Source: Raillietiella orientalis (lineage: Eukaryota). From it: 64,000 nucleotides of DNA. The stretch's first letter is position 1, and each line of letters starts with the position of its first letter. Made by a program: the position numbers and the translations under genes. Where the stretch lies: contig JAYWIR010000008.1 in NCBI GenBank assembly GCA_036172245.1, positions 186,001 to 250,000 of the forward strand, read 5' to 3'. Under the pieces are notes generated by a model that was not told the origin of the DNA, made no database searches, and saw only the letters and a list, made by a program, of their open reading frames with translations. Positions 62,453-64,000 of the stretch are shown here, in pieces.

Positions 62453-62550
62453 CTGTAGTCCTGAATATTAATGATAGCCGCTACAGGATTCTGTACCCTA
62501 TAATAAACCACAGCGTCGACTGCCACCGTAACTGAATCCCTGGACAAGAT
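62453..62550 (-). CDS. Stomatin/band-7 (SPFH) family protein, internal exon (first exon found in window; upstream exons not found)
   Basis: Translates ILSRDSVTVAVDAVVYYRVQNPVAAIINIQDY, matching the stomatin DSVTV-VDAVVYYR motif. Acceptor tccAG at 62552-62551 and donor GTaaa at 62452; phase 2 joins the next exon in frame. Confidence 0.95.
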
Positions 62551-64000
62551 CTGGAGTACAAATAAATCAAGGGATGAGTGAGATCGTTTTCTGCAAGTGT
62601 GTTGTTGTTTTAGATCGAGGAACAAAAGTGCAGCCGCGGAAGCAAAACGATATCTCCCCCTTTATCATCATCCGCCTCAGACCAAAAATAACGGGGCCCA
62701 CGCCTCGTTATTTTCTGCCAGTTTTGAAGCGTGGGTCTCAGAGCTGACAGGAAACAAAAACAGCAATGACAAAAGGGAAAAAAGGCAAGCGGGAGTGAAA
62801 TTATTTCATGAAAATTCTGTCCGGAGCAAACCGCCATTCTGAAAGCAGTGGCAGGCAAGGTGGCAGATGGAATTCGGGCGATTTCGAAACGTGTGTGTGT
62901 GGCGGACAGAATGCTGACAGAATCAACAACTCCCCAGCGAAATGTGTGTGTGTGAGAGAGAGAGAGAGAGAAGAAGAAGAAGAAGAAGAAGAAACAGTAT
63001 AGAACGAGAGAGTGAGAGAGAAAACCATCGATTTCTCCCCTCCTCCCCTCCCCGAAAAACCTCTGAATTATGGATGAGGCTTAATGAATTTTCACAAAGG
63101 TCTCGATAAGAGGTATAAGCAGCGTCCACAATAGCAGTCTATAGGAGCAATCTCAATGCTGGACCCGTTTTCCGTGTGAGGGTGATACGCAGCTTTAGCA
63201 TGTTTGCCGATTAGATGGCATCGCAGCCTCATTACAGTTCCGGCGGATCTTCGTATGCCCCAGTGGTCATCGAACGGACGGCTTTCGAGATTCTCTGTCG
63301 AGGGAATTGCTCAAGATCAGCTCCGCAACAACAGAAATCCCGTAAAAGAACGCAGAGGAAGCGAGCCGAGAAATCGCTGCCAGATCCCGAAAAAAAACTC
63401 CAGGTTTACGAGGAAAAATGGAAAGGAAGGTGCGCCACAAACTTTCAGACGGAAACACCCAATCCGTGGTTCCTACAGGAAGCACCAAAGAACTCGCCGG
63501 ACCAGGAGCTTGCGTTTCGCGAGCAGCTGACCCAAAGAAGACTTCAAGCCGTTCCAGAATCGGGAGGGAATGGCGGACGCGCCGTCCCTCGGGGAACAAG
63601 AAGCGTGGAGCAGGGAAAAAGTGCAAGTCGAGGTTCCGCGACGAGTCTCCAGAAGCCTCTCGACGCATCGAGGGGGGAAGAAGGTCCTTACTCTTTGTCC
63701 AGCAGGCCGTGTCGAGTGCGCATGCGACTCCTAAACGGAAACGGAACGCAGCGCTGTACATTTTTGCTCGTTGGCGCGTACGGACAGAGTGCTTGGGTTC
63801 GTGGGAAGCCGACCTGCTGCTCCTCGGAAAAGATCTCGTTCCTCGGAGGGCTCGCGGGGAGATCTCGACAGCGCCGACTTGGGCTCCCTCCTCTCCGTGC
63901 ACAGTGGTCCAGGTTGGTGCGGGAGCTCCGCTCTTGACTTTCCGTCCCTGCCTGCCTCCGCGCGCGTGGATTGGCGCGCCCACTGCCACCGTGGGTTCTG

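Noticed and set aside
1..64000. CRISPR arrays, rRNA genes or prokaryotic operons
   Set aside because: No regularly spaced repeats or rRNA motifs seen; spliceosomal introns, microsatellites and a NUMT indicate eukaryotic nuclear DNA.

Overview
Eukaryotic, invertebrate (arthropod-like) nuclear DNA that is mostly transposable-element debris. The only recognisable host gene is the 3' part of an intron-containing stomatin/band-7 (SPFH) gene on the minus strand: 4 exons at 62550->56574, with the 5' exons not found in the window. A ~425-bp NUMT (17960-18384) carries the 3' end of nad2, trnQ, an apparently armless trnC and part of trnY; an in-frame AGA codon argues for the invertebrate mitochondrial code. 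Two retroelement families dominate. (i) A tRNA-headed SINE of ~700 nt, present as about 9 copies or fragments, whose body folds into a long nested rod with UUCG tetraloops and compensatory changes. (ii) An L1/Tx1-like LINE (RT thumb plus zf-RVT tails) whose 3' end has hairpins instead of a poly(A) tail. The two are repeatedly nested in, or fused to, each other; this SINE/LINE pair is the best candidate for an undescribed system. A 2515-bp, almost identical inverted duplication (25492-28006 / 50173-52687) brackets 22 kb. Also present are a hAT MITE with TSD, a pogo/Tigger transposase remnant, an AT-rich TIR MITE pair and many decayed LINE ORF1/ORF2 fragments. Most long ORFs in the supplied track appear to be spurious products of GC-rich repeats. 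All alignments and folds were done by eye, without database searches; boundaries of decayed elements are approximate.
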